DNA from: Macrostomum hystrix
Lineage: Eukaryota > Animalia > Platyhelminthes
Reading direction: 5' to 3'
Assembly (NCBI GenBank): GCA_950097015.1
Contig: CATNEN010000012.1
Coordinates: 2,480,001 to 2,544,000, forward strand
Length of the DNA: 64,000 nucleotides
The position numbers and the translations under genes are program-made. Positions 1 through 13,709 of this stretch are shown here, in pieces; the first letter of the stretch is position 1; every line of letters starts with the position of its first letter. The notes under the pieces are model-generated. The model ran no database searches. It saw only the letters and a list, made by a program, of their open reading frames with translations, and was not told where the DNA came from.

Positions 1-1600
1 CACAGGAATCGGTAGGAGTGTCCGTCAGTGAGCACAGGAATCGGTAGGTGTGTCAGTCAGTGAGCACAGGAATCGGTAGGTGTGTTAGTGAGTGAGCACA
101 GGAATCGGTAGGAGTGTCCGTCAGTGAGCACAGGAATCGGTAGGTGTGTCAGTCAGTGAGCACAGGAATCGGTAGGTGTGTTAGTGAGTGAGCACAGGAA
201 TCGGTAGGAGTGTCCGTCAGTGAGCACAGGAATCGGTAGGTGTGTTAGTGAGTGAGCACAGGAATCGGTAGGTGTGTCAGTCAGTGAGCACAGGAATCGG
301 TAGGTGTGTCAGTGAGTGGGCACAGGAATCGGTAGGTGTGTCAGTGAGTGAGCACAGGAATCGGTAGGTGTGTCAGTCAGTGAGCACAGGAATCGGTAGG
401 AGTGTCCGTCAGTGAGCACAGGAATCGGTAGGTGTGACAGTCAGTGGGCACAGGAATCGGTAGGTGTGTCAGTGAGTGAGCACAGGAATCGGTAGGTGTG
501 TCAGTCAGTGAGCACAGGAATCGGTAGGTGTGTCAGTGAGTGGGCACAGGAATCGGTAGGTGTGTCAGTCAGTGAGCACAGGAATCGGTAGGTGTGTTAG
601 TGAGTGAGCACAGGAATCGGTAGGAGTGTCCGTCAGTGAGCACAGGAATCGGTAGGTGTGTCAGTCAGTGAGCACAGGAATCGGTAGGTGTGTTAGTGAG
701 TGAGCACAGGAATCGGTAGGTGTGTCAGTCAGTGAGCACAGGAATCGGTAGGTGTGTTAGTGAGTGAGCACAGGAATCGGTAGGTGTGACAGTCAGTGGG
801 CACAGGAATCGGTAGGAGTGTCCGTCAGTGAGCACAGGAATCGGTAGGTGTGTTAGTCAGTGAGCACAGGAATCGGTAGGTGTGTTAGTCAGTGAGCACA
901 GGAATCGGTAGGTGTGTCAGTCAGTGAGCACAGGAATCGGTAGGTGTGTTAGTGAGTGAGCACAGGAATCGGTAGGAGTGTCCGTCAGTGAGCACAGGAA
1001 TCGGTAGGTGTGTCAGTCAGTGAGCACAGGAATCGGTAGGTGTGTTAGTGAGTGAGCACAGGAATCGGTAGGAGTGTCCGTCAGTGAGCACAGGAATCGG
1101 TAGGTGTGTCAGTCAGTGAGCACAGGAATCGGTAGGTGTGTTAGTGAGTGAGCACAGGAATCGGTAGGAGTGTCCGTCAGTGAGCACAGGAATCGGTAGG
1201 TGTGTTAGTGAGTGAGCACAGGAATCGGTAGGTGTGTCAGTCAGTGAGCACAGGAATCGGTAGGTGTGTCAGTGAGTGGGCACAGGAATCGGTAGGTGTG
1301 TCAGTGAGTGAGCACAGGAATCGGTAGGTGTGTCAGTCAGTGAGCACAGGAATCGGTAGGAGTGTCCGTCAGTGAGCACAGGAATCGGTAGGTGTGTCAG
1401 TGAGTGAGCACAGGAATCGGTAGGTGTGTTAGTCAGTGAGCACAGGAATCGGTAGGTGTGTCAGTCAGTGAGCACAGGAATCGGTAGGTGTGTCAGTCAG
1501 TGAGCACAGGAATCGGTAGGTGTGTTAGTGAGTGAGCACAGGAATCGGTAGGAGTGTCCGTCAGTGAGCACAGGAATCGGTAGGTGTGTTAGTCAGTCAG
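1..1600. repeat. 32-bp minisatellite (CACAGGAATCGGTAGGTGTGTCAGTCAGTGAG), truncated by window start
   Basis: About 50 tandem units with few variant positions; bases 1-436 recur identically at 961-1396. Confidence 0.97.
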
Positions 1601-2574
1601 AAATTAAGGTTTGAAGGCAAACAAGCAGCTGGTCATGTGTAATATCGCTAATGATACAGGACCCTAAATCCTTGTTGCTCTGATATGCATTTCAGTGTGG
1701 TAGCAAGCGTGTATTGTTCTTGTCAGTCTATATATTTATTATTAGCTAATCAAAAATGTAGAAAAGCAGGTTTTCCATCGCTCTGTATTGCTTGGACCGT
1801 CCGCATAGCAACACAGACTGATCTAGTGTCTGGCGCATGACGTGGCGGTAACTAAAGGGGAAAGAAATTATTGACAAGCTTGTAGATAGAAAGCGTGCAT
1901 TATACTGTTGCGCTGAGAATCAAATTGGAATTTTTCAGCATCTTTGCGAGCAAAACTCGCAGAGAAATTAAAAAAAGCATAGGCGTCTTACTTAAATTTG
2001 TTAGACGCCATGTGCGCATGTGTGTAGATATTACATGTATAAAGTAATAAATACATTCTTCTTCTTCTGTGCAAAGATAATACGATTCGGCTGGACGATC
2101 ACCCTGGATGACCTTCAAATGAACTTTTTATCGGCTCGAAAGAAAAAAGCAACAGACCAGACCCGGGATATCCTGACTGGCCATATCACTAAAACAAAAA
2201 ACTGGGTTAGTAAAAACAATATGCACAGAAAAATGAAATTCGGATGTACATTGAATGCACTACAATTGACTGCGTATCGTCTAAAGCGTTTAGAGCGTCT
2301 AGACTCTAGGGCTAAATTCTCTTTAACGGAAGCCAGCCGTATCAGCGTTGATATCAACTGCGAGACAATGTCCGTATGGGAAACTTGCGGAGACACAACA
2401 CATTTATTAATTGCAAAATTCAACCAAAAAGTGTCGGTGTAGAGACTCGAAAAATGTGAAATAATACAAGCAAATTTGGGCATACAAACTGCCTGACTTC
2501 AATTATTGCTTAATAAGATCAACTTAAAGACTGACTGTACCGACTTCGAGCTATTCTGTTTTGCTAAAAGGACT

Positions 2575-3830
2575 CACTGGAGACAGGTGGATTAGACACA
2601 CTGGAGACAGGTGGATTAGACACACTGGAGACAGGTGAATTAGACACACTGGAGACAGGTGGATTAGACACACTGGAGACAGGTGGATTAGACACCCTGG
2701 AGACAGGTGGATTAGACACACTGGAGACAGATGGATTAGACACACTGGAGACAGGTGAATTAGACACACTGGAGACAGATGGATTAGACACACTGGAGAC
2801 AGGTGGATTAGACACACTGGAGACAGGTGGATTAGACACACTGGAGACAGGTGAATTAGACACACTGGAGACAGATGGATTAGACACACTGGAGACAGGT
2901 GGATTAGACACACTGGAGACAGGTGAATTAGACACACTGGAGACAGGTGGATTAGACACACTGGAGACAGGTGAATTAGACACACTGGAGACAGGTGAAT
3001 TAGACACACTGGAGACAGATGGATTAGACACACTGGAGACAGGTGGATTAGACACACTGGAGACAGGTGGATTAGACACACTGGAGACAGGTGAATTAGA
3101 CACACTGGAGACAGGTGGATTAGACACACTGGAGACAGGTGAATTAGACACACTGGAGACAGGTGGATTAGACACACTGGAGACAGGTGGATTAGACACA
3201 CTGGAGACAGGTGGATTAGACACACTGGAGACAGGTGGATTAGACACACTGGAGACAGGTGAATTAGACACACTGGAGACAGATGGATTAGACACACTGG
3301 AGACAGGTGGATTAGACACACTGGAGACAGGTGGATTAGACACACTGGAGACAGGTGAATTAGACACACTGGAGACAGGTGGATTAGACACACTGGAGAC
3401 AGGTGGATTAGACACACTGGAGACAGGTGGATTAGACACACTGGAGACAGGTGGATTAGACACACTGGAGACAGGTGGATTAGACACACTGGAGACAGGT
3501 GAATTAGACACACTGGAGACAGGTGGATTAGACACACTGGAGACAGGTGAATTAGACACACTGGAGACAGGTGGATTAGACACACTGGAGACAGGTGGAT
3601 TAGACACACTGGAGACAGGTGGATTAGACACACTGGAGACAGGTGGATTAGACACACTGGAGACAGGTGAATTAGACACACTGGAGACAGATGGATTAGA
3701 CACACTGGAGACAGGTGGATTAGACACACTGGAGACAGGTGGATTAGATACACTGGAGACAGGTGGATTAGACACACTGGAGACAGGTGGATTAGACACA
3801 CTGGAGACAGATGGATTAGACACACTGGAG
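2575..3830. repeat. 24-bp minisatellite (CTGGAGACAGGTGGATTAGACACA)
   Basis: About 52 tandem units; source of the artefactual CLIHLSPV and SSVSNPPV ORFs. Confidence 0.97.
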
Positions 3831-4114
3831 TTTATCCTATTACCAGTAAAGAGGTAGTTTGCTATGTAATAAAGCTTTGAGTCTTACTGATTTCGTTATT
3901 AAATGAGTATAAAATATTTCGACATCGAGCCCAGTTGACCTGACTTATAACAAACAAAAAGCTGCTAAAAAGCTGACAAAAATAAACAAAAACAAAAATG
4001 ACCAGTTGAGTTTTAATCATTTAAAAACAAATTTACAGAAAAAAAATACAAAATTACTTTAATGAGTTTGAAGCACAACATGAGGACTAATTAAATCGCT
4101 TCTTTTTCTCGTCT

Positions 4115-5068
4115 CGGACACTACAGTCTATCAGTTCGGACACTACAGTCTATCAGTTCGGACACTACAGTCTCTCAGTTCGGACACTATAGTCTATCAG
4201 TTCGGACACTACAGTCTCTCAGTTCGGACACTATAGTCTATCAGTTCGGACACTACAGTCTATCAGTTCGGACACTACAGTCTATCAGTTCGGACACTAC
4301 AGTCTCTCAGTTCGGACACTACAGTCTCTCAGTTCGGACACTACAGTCTCTCAGTTCGGACACTACAGTCTCTCAGTTCGGACACTACAGTCTCTCAGTT
4401 CGGACACTACAGTCTCTCAGTTCGGACACTACAGTCTCTCAGTTCGGACACTACAGTCTCTCAGTTCGGACACTAAAGTCTCTCAGTTCGGACACTACAG
4501 TCTCTCAGTTCGGACACTACAGTCTCTCAGTTCGGACACTACAGTCTCTCAGTTCGGACACTACAGTCTCTCAGTTCGGACACTACAGTCTCTCAGTTCG
4601 GACACTATAGTCTATCAGTTCGGACACTACAGTCTCTCAGTTCGGACACTACAGTCTCTCAGTTCGGACACTACAGTCTATCAGTTCGGACACTACAGTC
4701 TATCAGTTCGGACACTACAGTCTATCAGTTCGGACACTACAGTCTATCAGTTCGGACACTACAGTCTATCAGTTCGGACACTACAGTCTATCAGTTCGGA
4801 CACTACAGTCTATCAGTTCGGACACTATAGTCTATCAGTTCGGACACTACAGTCTATCAGTTCGGACACTATAGTCTATCAGTTCGGACACTACAGTCTA
4901 TCAGTTCGGACACTACAGTCTCTCAGTTCGGACACTACAGTCTATCAGTTCGGACACTACAGTCTCTCAGTTCGGACACTACAGTCTATCAGTTCGGACA
5001 CTACAGTCTATCAGTTCGGACACTACAGTCTATCAGTTCGGACACTACAGTCTCTCAGTTCGGACACT
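4115..5068. repeat. 22-bp minisatellite (GGACACTACAGTCTATCAGTTC)
   Basis: About 43 tandem units with a ctat/ctct variant. Confidence 0.97.
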
Positions 5069-5176
5069 GTCCTTTATAAAAAACTAAAAAACACTAAAAA
5101 TGTCAAAAAATTAATACAGAACGGAGCAAGTACATCGGACACAGCCAATGGGGTTCGAGCCATCTGGGCAGACTGT

Positions 5177-8100
5177 TCACTGGATACTATTCAGGCTGGC
5201 AATCTCTCTCTTGACCCTGTCCATGTCTACGCAGCAGGCGTGAAAGCTCTTCTTAATAGTGTCAATCTCTTCTTTCAGGCCGGCAATGTTCTCTAGAGCG
5301 GCCCGCTTGAATCTGATCAGCTCCTGAATCTCCCGCTCTTGCTGGGTTGCCTCGGTGCGCAACCGGCGAACCTCCTGCTGAAGCTCGGCCACCGTGGCCG
5401 GAGCCGCGCCGTTAGAAGCTGCAATTGCGGCCGAACTGTACGATGTGGCCGCTGTCGTCATCTGGGACCCGTCGTGGTTGCTGATGTCCTCCTGTGCGGC
5501 GCAAAACGGCTGTGTTAGGGCATGCGTTTAAAGGTGTATAGTTTAAAAACTGCTCACTATGCAACAACTGGAAAACCCACTCTTGCACACTGCACCACAT
5601 GGGGAACCCACTCTTGCACACTGCACCACATGGGGAACCCACTCTTGCATCCTGCACCACATGGGCAACCCACTCTTGCACACTGCACCACATGGGGAAC
5701 CCACTCTTGCATCCTGCACCACATGGGCAACCCACTCTTGCACACTGCACCACATGGGGAACCCACTCTTGCACACTGCAGCACATGGGGAACCCACTCT
5801 TGCACACTGCACCACATGGGGAACCCACTCTTGCACACTGCAGCACATGGGGAACCCACTCTTGCACACTGCAGCACATGGGGAACCCACTCTTGCACAC
5901 TGCACCACATGGGGAACCCACTCTTGCACACTGCAGCACATGGGGAACCCACTCTTGCACACTGCACCACATGGGGAACCCACTCTTGCACACTGCAGCA
6001 CATGGGGAACCCACTCTTGCACACTGCACCACATGGGGAACCCACTCTTGCACACTGCAGCACATGGGGAACCCACTCTTGCACACTGCAGCACATGGGG
6101 AACCCACTCTTGCACACTGCACCACATGGGGAACCCACCCTTGCACACTGCACCACATGGGGAACCCACCCTTGCACACTGCACCACATGGGGAACCCAC
6201 TCTTGCACACTGCACCACATGGGGAACCCACCCTTGCACACTGCACCACATGGGGAACCCACTCTTGCACACTGCACCACATGGGGAACCCACCCTTGCA
6301 CACTGCACCACATGGGGAACCCACTCTTGCACACTGCACCACATGGGGAACCCACTCTTGCACACTGCACCACATGGGGAACCCACTCTTGCACACTGCA
6401 CCACATGGGGAACCCACTCTTGCACACTGCACCACATGGGGAACCCACTCTTGCACACTGCACCACATGGGGAACCCACTCTTGCACACTGCACCACATG
6501 GGGAACCCACTCTTGCACACTGCACCACATGGGGAACCCACTCTTGCACACTGCAGCACATGGGGAACCCACTCTTGCACACTGCACCACATGGGGAACC
6601 CACTCTTGCACACTGCAGCACATGGGGAACCCACTCTTGCACACTGCACCACATGGGGAACCCACCCTTGCATCCTGCACCACATGGGGAACCCACTCTT
6701 GCACACTGCAGCACATGGGGAACCCACTCTTGCACACTGCACCACATGGGGAACCCACTCTTGCACACTGCACCACATGGGGAACCCACTCTTGCACACT
6801 GCACCACATGGGGAACCCACTCTTGCACACTGCACCACATGGGGAACCCACTCTTGCACACTGCAGCACATGGGGAACCCACTCTTGCACACTGCAGCAC
6901 AAGTAAATTCATACTTTAACGCCGCGCCTGTGCCTTGGAAAACGAGCATTTTAATATTCTCCTCCATACATATTTCATAGGTATATAATTCAAAACTAGC
7001 GGCCCTACACAACCTAACATAAATGCAAAATTACAGAGCTAAACAGAAAGTACAAGAATGAAAATTGAGTCGAAGCGACAAGAAAAGAATGAATGCTCTA
7101 GTTATCTTGAGAAGTCAGAAAATACTTTGTGGATTCCCTAAGTAAGACCTCATCGGATATCTCTCATCCATACACAAAGGACTGGTTAGCAGTAGTTCCT
7201 CTACTTTTGTCTCTCCTCTCAGTGGATTAGCTTCTTCTTTAGACTAATGCGAATGAGGATAATAACTTTTGGACAAACTTCCCTAACACTCGTGGCTTTA
7301 TGCCCCGATAAGTAATTATCCTATCTACGTGTATATACTCCTAGCTACACTGCCGCATGTAAAATAACAAGCAAGCGCTTTCTGAGAGAATCACTGCTTT
7401 CAAAATGATTGATTGATTGACGGAAGCATAGTGCTTTTGAATTGAAATTACCCGACTACTTAACTCTTTTAGTAAATGAAAGCGACAATTCAGCTAATTT
7501 ATAGCACTAGACTCGTATAGAATGTCACGGCTTATTACACCGATTTATATAGTACAATCCCGATATAACTTATCTAACGAGCAGACAAAAATGGGATGCA
7601 ACTGCTGGGATAAATTTCCTAACGTGACAAGAAACTAGTCGAGTAGTATGAAATATGAAATACAACTAACTAAACAAGTCTAACGACAGGTAAAAAATGT
7701 GGGGGATAAATGTCTTGATATCACAGGTAACTAGTGGGGATAAATGTCACAATGACAGGCAGCTAATAGGGATAAATTTTGTATTCTCTGAAAGGCATAT
7801 CGTATATAAATTGTCCCAAATATTAGCTACCTGTTAAAAGGCATGTAGAGAAGGGAGATTCAAGACATAACAAGCGAAACACACCTGGCTCCAATTAGTG
7901 GGCCCATTATTATTTGGCGGCCTCTTCCCTGCGGCTGGCCTTGGCCGACCAGCGGCTGCATTAGGCAGCGGCTGGTGATGGTCACCGGCTAGCAGGCCGT
8001 TGCTGCTGCCGACGCCGGTGGGCGAATCAGCCGGTCTGCCGACGCCGGCGCCCCCGCCAGTAGCAGTCTGGCGAGCCGCGGCGCTAACCGGCGGCCTAGC

Positions 8101-9108
8101 CGGAGCGGCGCTCGCCGCCGCCGCCGGCGATCTAGCCTGCAGGCCGGCCGACGAAGGCGAGTAGGGCTCGACGAAGTTGTCTGGAAATACGCCGACCCGG
8201 CCGTGCAGGTCGCCCTGCCACCAGCCGTCGTCGCTTAAACAGCGATTTGTTACGCGTATGATGTCCCCAATGTTGATTGACAGCTCGTCCGGGTTCTGGC
8301 CAGTGTAGGCGTGAATCACCTGGAGTAGCATAGATTTCGAATGTAAAAAATTCCCCGATCTAGAATGTGAAATTTCAAAGATTAGGAATATGAAAATATC
8401 AAGATCTGGAATGCAAAATGTCAAGACGAAGATATTTAGAACGCAGATCTAAGGATTCAAGTTTTCAATCCCGAGAGCTTGTACCTTCACAAGGTCGGGC
8501 TGCAACTGCAGCTTGGCCTTCTCGGACAGCAACGCTGATCCAGAAGAAGCCGCTATTCCAGTAGACGTAGCCGACTGAGATGGCCGAGATTGCTGCTGCT
8601 GCTGCTGCTGCTTGGCGCCCACAGACTGGTGCTCACTAGTTGGCGGTGGAAAAGACTTACTAGCCGGCACCAGACCGGCCAGAGGTCGGGGCGGAAGCTG
8701 CTGCTGATCGTGGGCAGTCGAACCGCCGCCACCGCCCACACCGTCGATATCTAAATAGGCTAGCGGCACTGGGAACTTGGCGCTCAGCTTTGGCACATAG
8801 ATTTGGACAATTGTCGATGTGCCATTAGTCGAGCCAGCCGGTAGAGGCTCCATGGCATACACGGCGGTGTTGGCCTCAAGTCCGGCCGAGCGCTGCTTGG
8901 CGTCGACCCGGCGCAGGGTAGCCAGCCGACAGGGCTTCACGAAATTGTCTGGAAATAAGCCGCGCTTGCCGGCGGAATTTCGGCCGCGCAGCCAACCATC
9001 CTCCTCCTGCTCGGCATCGTAGAGCAGCTCGCCTTTGGCAATTGACAGCTCGTCCTGCTGTTCGGCCTTGTAGTCGAATTCAACTAGATAGCAGGGCTTG
9101 TCTGACAT
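5177..9108 (-). CDS. CD2AP/CIN85(SH3KBP1)-like adaptor: two SH3 domains, Pro-rich linkers, C-terminal coiled coil (3 coding exons, about 457 aa)
   Basis: Exons 9108-8485, 8319-7885 and 5491-5177, all GT-AG phase 0. SH3-1 is YLVEFDYKAEQQDELSIAKGE...DGWLRG...GLFPDNFV. SH3-2 is completed across the junction (LVK|VIHAYTGQNPDELSINIGDII...DGWWQG...GVFPDNFV). Coiled coil is ELQQEVRRLRTEATQQEREIQEL. The exon 3 acceptor is the least certain. CD2AP/CIN85 normally have 3 SH3 domains, so no symbol is given. Confidence 0.75.
5575..6900. repeat. 31-bp minisatellite (CATGGGGAACCCACTCTTGCACACTGCACCA) in intron 2 of the SH3 gene
   Basis: About 43 units; stop-free in all six frames, giving six spurious 430-500 aa ORFs. 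Confidence 0.97.
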
Positions 9109-11135
9109 TGCTGACTAACCTGCAATTGGTATCGTTGTTTTAAATGCCAGGGTAATTTCTTAGCTAATTTTAATTATTTCTAAGTTATTTAGCTCTGAAA
9201 TAAGCTACTTAGGCCAAAGACAAAGTATATCTTAAATAAAAACCAATATAGCTTTTCTATTTAAAACCGTACTCCAATTAGAGAAAGTCATTGTTCTGCT
9301 CTATTTACTGCTCTGTTTTTTTAGGTTTTGTCAAAGTCCATTACTTCATTCAGGTGGATCTTGGCATTCCTTAACTCAATAATAATGAGGAATAATTTTT
9401 TAAATGCTTGCTTATAAGTAGAGACTTCTTAAACTTTAATATTCTAAAATATTTCCAGCTTTAGATGGGGTTATAAATGTGTCTACATGGATTTTTTAGG
9501 GGTGCTGGGTTCAAAAAAGAAATCGATTTTTTTGAATTCACAATTACTTTCTATGGAATGGCTTCCTAACAAAGCATGACCACAATTAGCAAAACATGGG
9601 GAATTAGGGATTTTTGTTTAGTAGCTAATTAAAATTTAAATTTAAATTGCTAACCATTAGGGTTAAACTTCAATAGAGCTAAGGACTCAAGGGACCCATT
9701 GAAGATTAATCATGTTTATTATAGGATGGGTCTAAGGGCTTTTGTGGGTACCCTAATATATAGGAAAACAACACTAAATGGGACATGGAAATGAGGGGTT
9801 TTTAGTGGGTAAACTTTGTTAATAATAGATAGGTTTAAACTTCAATAGAGGTATGGGGATCTATTGAAGATTAATTCTTATTTATTATTAAGTAGGCCTA
9901 AGGGCTTTTGGGGGTATCCCAATGTGTTGGAATCAGACACTATTGCAATCATTACAAATGATAGCAACAACCATATATAGCCAGAAATGAAGCTTAATGC
10001 TATTATTAATTTTAAAAAATTTAAATTCATAAAAATTGTTCATAAAGTTATGGGGGAATCACATTAGTTTTTTTCATAAAACAAAGAGCAACCTTAAACT
10101 AAGTACTTTACAAAAGTTATTTTAAAGGTATAGGTAAGCTATAATAGACAATAATTTAATGACCCACTGTCCTATATTAGGTCTACAGCTGCTTAAGTTA
10201 ATTGGAAACTAAAGGTCATTTTTTGGTTTAAGTTCAAGAAGCAAGTTCATGGAATTTTGTTTTTGTTGTAGGGGCCTAATACTAAGTTGTTATATTATTA
10301 TATATTGTAGATTAGCTACACTTTATTTTACTTTATTAAATATAAATTATATCACAGTATTGTTTGTAACTCAGGGCCATTCATAGGGTAATGTATCATC
10401 AACCAAACAAGAATGTGTATTTTTTTTACTTCAAACCTAAGCTACAGATTTTCTATTTAAGATATGATTATAAACATACATGCGCAACACCCGGCCTGAC
10501 CCAGCCGACCGATAGGCCCTTCACAATTGTATAATAATACTTCTAATTCTAAAATATGTAGCCTTAGTCTAACTATAAATATTAGTAGTCTCACAAATGA
10601 CAAAACATTTGTCTATGTCAAACTGCATATTTCTTCTCTAAATTTTTATATTGACCTATTTACAATGGAGATGATGACACTAAAACACCTGACACTGATT
10701 CTCAATTATTGATCCCAATTGCAACCTATGGCCTATAAATTCAATCCTGTTGGACCTTTACTCCTCACAATGCCACTAAACTAGTGACTCCACCCACCTC
10801 AAATTACCTAACTATATGGCCTCTGAGCATGCTCAGGCCCCATAATGTGGGGTTAAAGTAGTTAGTTAAAGATGTATCCTAGGTGATAGTGATATATAGG
10901 CTATGACATAAATTTAGTGTAGACATAGAATCAAATGCAATGGAGTGAATTTCTCAACATCTTATTCCTAAAAAATGGTGCAAAATTCCACAGAAAGTAG
11001 CTAGTACTCGGTTTGCTTCCAAACTGAAAATCAAGCACAATCTGACAATCATAATAAAAAATTTTCATTACTTTAGTGAAGTGTACAGGCCTATGGCTAT
11101 AGGCCTAGCATAATTAAAATAGGCCTAATTTATTT

Positions 11136-11556
11136 GGCAGTGCTTATCCCCACGGTACCGTAGAAATAATTTTTGTCTTATTCCTACGGTACCGTGGGAA
11201 TAATTTCCTGCTTATCCGCACGGCACACTGACGAGATAGCTGTCCTATCTTCAACATATTCCGTGGGAATAATTTCATGCTTATCCGCACGGCACACTGA
11301 CGAGATTGCTGTCCTATCATCTATCTTTTTATCGTGACTGCAATATTCCTTTTTTCTTCCGGTTTTTAAAAGCAAGTAAACAAATTAAAGTTTTCTTAAC
11401 CGTGCGGATAAGCATGAAATTATTCCCACGGAATATGTTGAAGATAGGACAGCTATCTCGTCAGTGTGCCGTGCGGATAAGCAGGAAATTATTCCCACGG
11501 TACCGTAGGAATAAGACAAAAATTATTTCTACGGTACCGTGGGGATAAGCACTGCC
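11136..11556. mobile_element. MITE, 421 bp, 157-bp terminal inverted repeats, 9-bp target-site duplication (Mutator/Merlin-like)
   Basis: 11136-11292 is the reverse complement of 11400-11556 (GGCAGTGCTTATCCCCACGG...CCGTGGGGATAAGCACTGCC); AATTTATTT at 11127-11135 and 11557-11565; no coding capacity. Confidence 0.9.
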
Positions 11557-13709
11557 AATTTATTTATTAAGATTTGGCAAGCTAATAATATAAGCTAACT
11601 AATTTAAGGAGAAATTGTGTTATTATAATTAGAGAATAAGTGTTTTCCCAAAAGTCTGTGAAGTTTTTGTTGGCTAAGTGGCTTAAGGAATTTAGTACGT
11701 CAATTAAGCTTGATATGGACATGTTAGCACGTAACACGTTGATATGGACATCAGACTGAAATCACAAGTAATTTAGAACATATAAAATATCTGAGTCAGT
11801 TTAAAAGCTGGTTCATGCAACCCAAAGTTACATTACCATTTCAGTTCAGTTCATGCTTTAGGGATGCAAAAAAGTTACCTACCTGTTTAGCTCGATCTGA
11901 CCTAGACGCTTTGCAATATCAAAATCGTTTCCCACTCTTGCCGCAAGTTAAAGTCGTTCTAAAAACTCGTTTTTAACGTCAAAATAAAAACACTTGGTAA
12001 AAATGCAATTTTCCTTTAGGCTTAGTTTCTATAAAAACGTTTGATGGGTTATTTATACCTTCTCAAAACACAAATTTTTAAAAAATTTAAGAATTAAGCA
12101 AAAAAGTTTATAAAGTATTTTTTACGAAAACTGGCTTCAAACGAATTGAAGTCATTTTATACGCTAACAAGGGAATTATCGAATTATCAATACATATCAC
12201 ATTAAATCAACAAATCAGTCAACAAATTAATTAGTAAATAAACAGCAATTAACAAGTAATAATCAATACTGATCACAAATTAAAGTAAAATTAGGAACAT
12301 CTACTTGTAAGTCAGTGAAGAGTCTCTCGATAGACTCTATAGTCTCTTCTTAAAGTGGCACTAATTAAGCCTTGTTTCAGTAGTCCTTTGGGATTGATAC
12401 AACGGGTTCAGACCAGTTTTGTATCTCTTTGCACACCACGACATAAATAGTCGTTTTTGTTTGTTCAGAATCTCCTTCAATACCGCGATGTATTTGCATC
12501 AGAAGATTAGATCTAAGTATAATATATTTCTTTTTGACGCACGACATTGTCCAGCAAAAAGCCTATAGTAACTACTACAAATGCTAGCAAAACAAATGCT
12601 AGTTAAGAAAAAATTTGATTTGATGAGAGCAGCTAGGATTCACAATTTAACAACCGTTTTATAAAGTATAGAAATTCTCTAGAACGTTTCATTGTCTGCA
12701 GTCACAAATCCGCTGTTTAACCCTGTCTAATAGTCTCCTTGTCTTTCAGTTTCTGCACTGTATTTCTAACAGTTTCTAACTGTTCAGGTAGTTTCATTTT
12801 CTATTGTGAAAGTTTCAAAGGACTTTTTATATTAACGCATATGTGATGTTTTCCGTCATAGGATTTTCTTCTCTTGAATAAACATTCAGGAAATGTAAGC
12901 GTGCATGGAAATTGGAATTCCCCGGAAATTAAAAATTAGGCCCCATAATTTTAAAGTCTAGCTGTATGGCGAAAAATGCCTACGTGGGATCAGTAATTGT
13001 TTGCACTCCTGTCCCCCAAGTTCTCAATTTCATCTCCTCATTTGGAGCTATAGCCCAATAAATAGGAGTATTTCCGCTCGTTATAATCGCCCAGACACGG
13101 CAATATAAGAGCCGACAGACAGACCGACATGTTGCTCATCGTGGCACGGTTGTCAGACAGCAGGATGTCAGCATTGCTGGGGCCTTGTTCACTATCAATG
13201 CTATACTGGATCCTGATTTGAAATGCCAGGCTTTGTCTCTGCGATTTAGTGAACCCATTCGAACTAAAAGGTGGCGGTTGAGGAAAGCGAGCAACCTCTC
13301 TATGGCCGTAACCCTGCTTCGCACAGCTTCCGAGTGACACAGTTTGAGATCGTGATGCATACGAGATTTTTTAAATAATATCTTTATGGGTGGTCCGCAA
13401 AAGGACAATTAAAATTGTATCACTTTCTGAGACTGGTTGTAAAGTCACGGAATGAGCTATTGTGCATGAGGTTTTGATGCAGCCTGTTTATTTTTTAGAT
13501 GCCTCGATCGCTATATTGATAAATGGATGTATGCGCTAACTTGTTAAGTATACATTTATCCTAATTTTGAAACTTTTGCTAATTTACGATCGTACCTGAG
13601 ATTGCATTAACGTTCTCAACTAGTTATGCTTAGTTGCGACTACTGCTGAAATCCAACTGGCTTAAAGTAAAGCCAAAATCTAACAGGTGATACTGCTTCT
13701 CATTTATTA

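Noticed and set aside
2020-2483. Overlapping 120-140 aa ORFs between two satellites
   Set aside because: No recognisable domain or splice context.
2551-6980. Long 420-500 aa ORFs with perfectly periodic peptides (also at 16769-18580, 18897-19790, 24924-27507, 32412-33703)
   Set aside because: They are translations of stop-free tandem repeats, several lying inside well-supported introns; there is no independent coding evidence.
9590-9945. Two diverged approx. 180-bp direct repeats (AAACTTCAATAGAG...ATTGAAGATTAAT...CTAAGGGCTTTTG)
   Set aside because: Real but old and AT-rich, with no termini or coding signal to assign a function.
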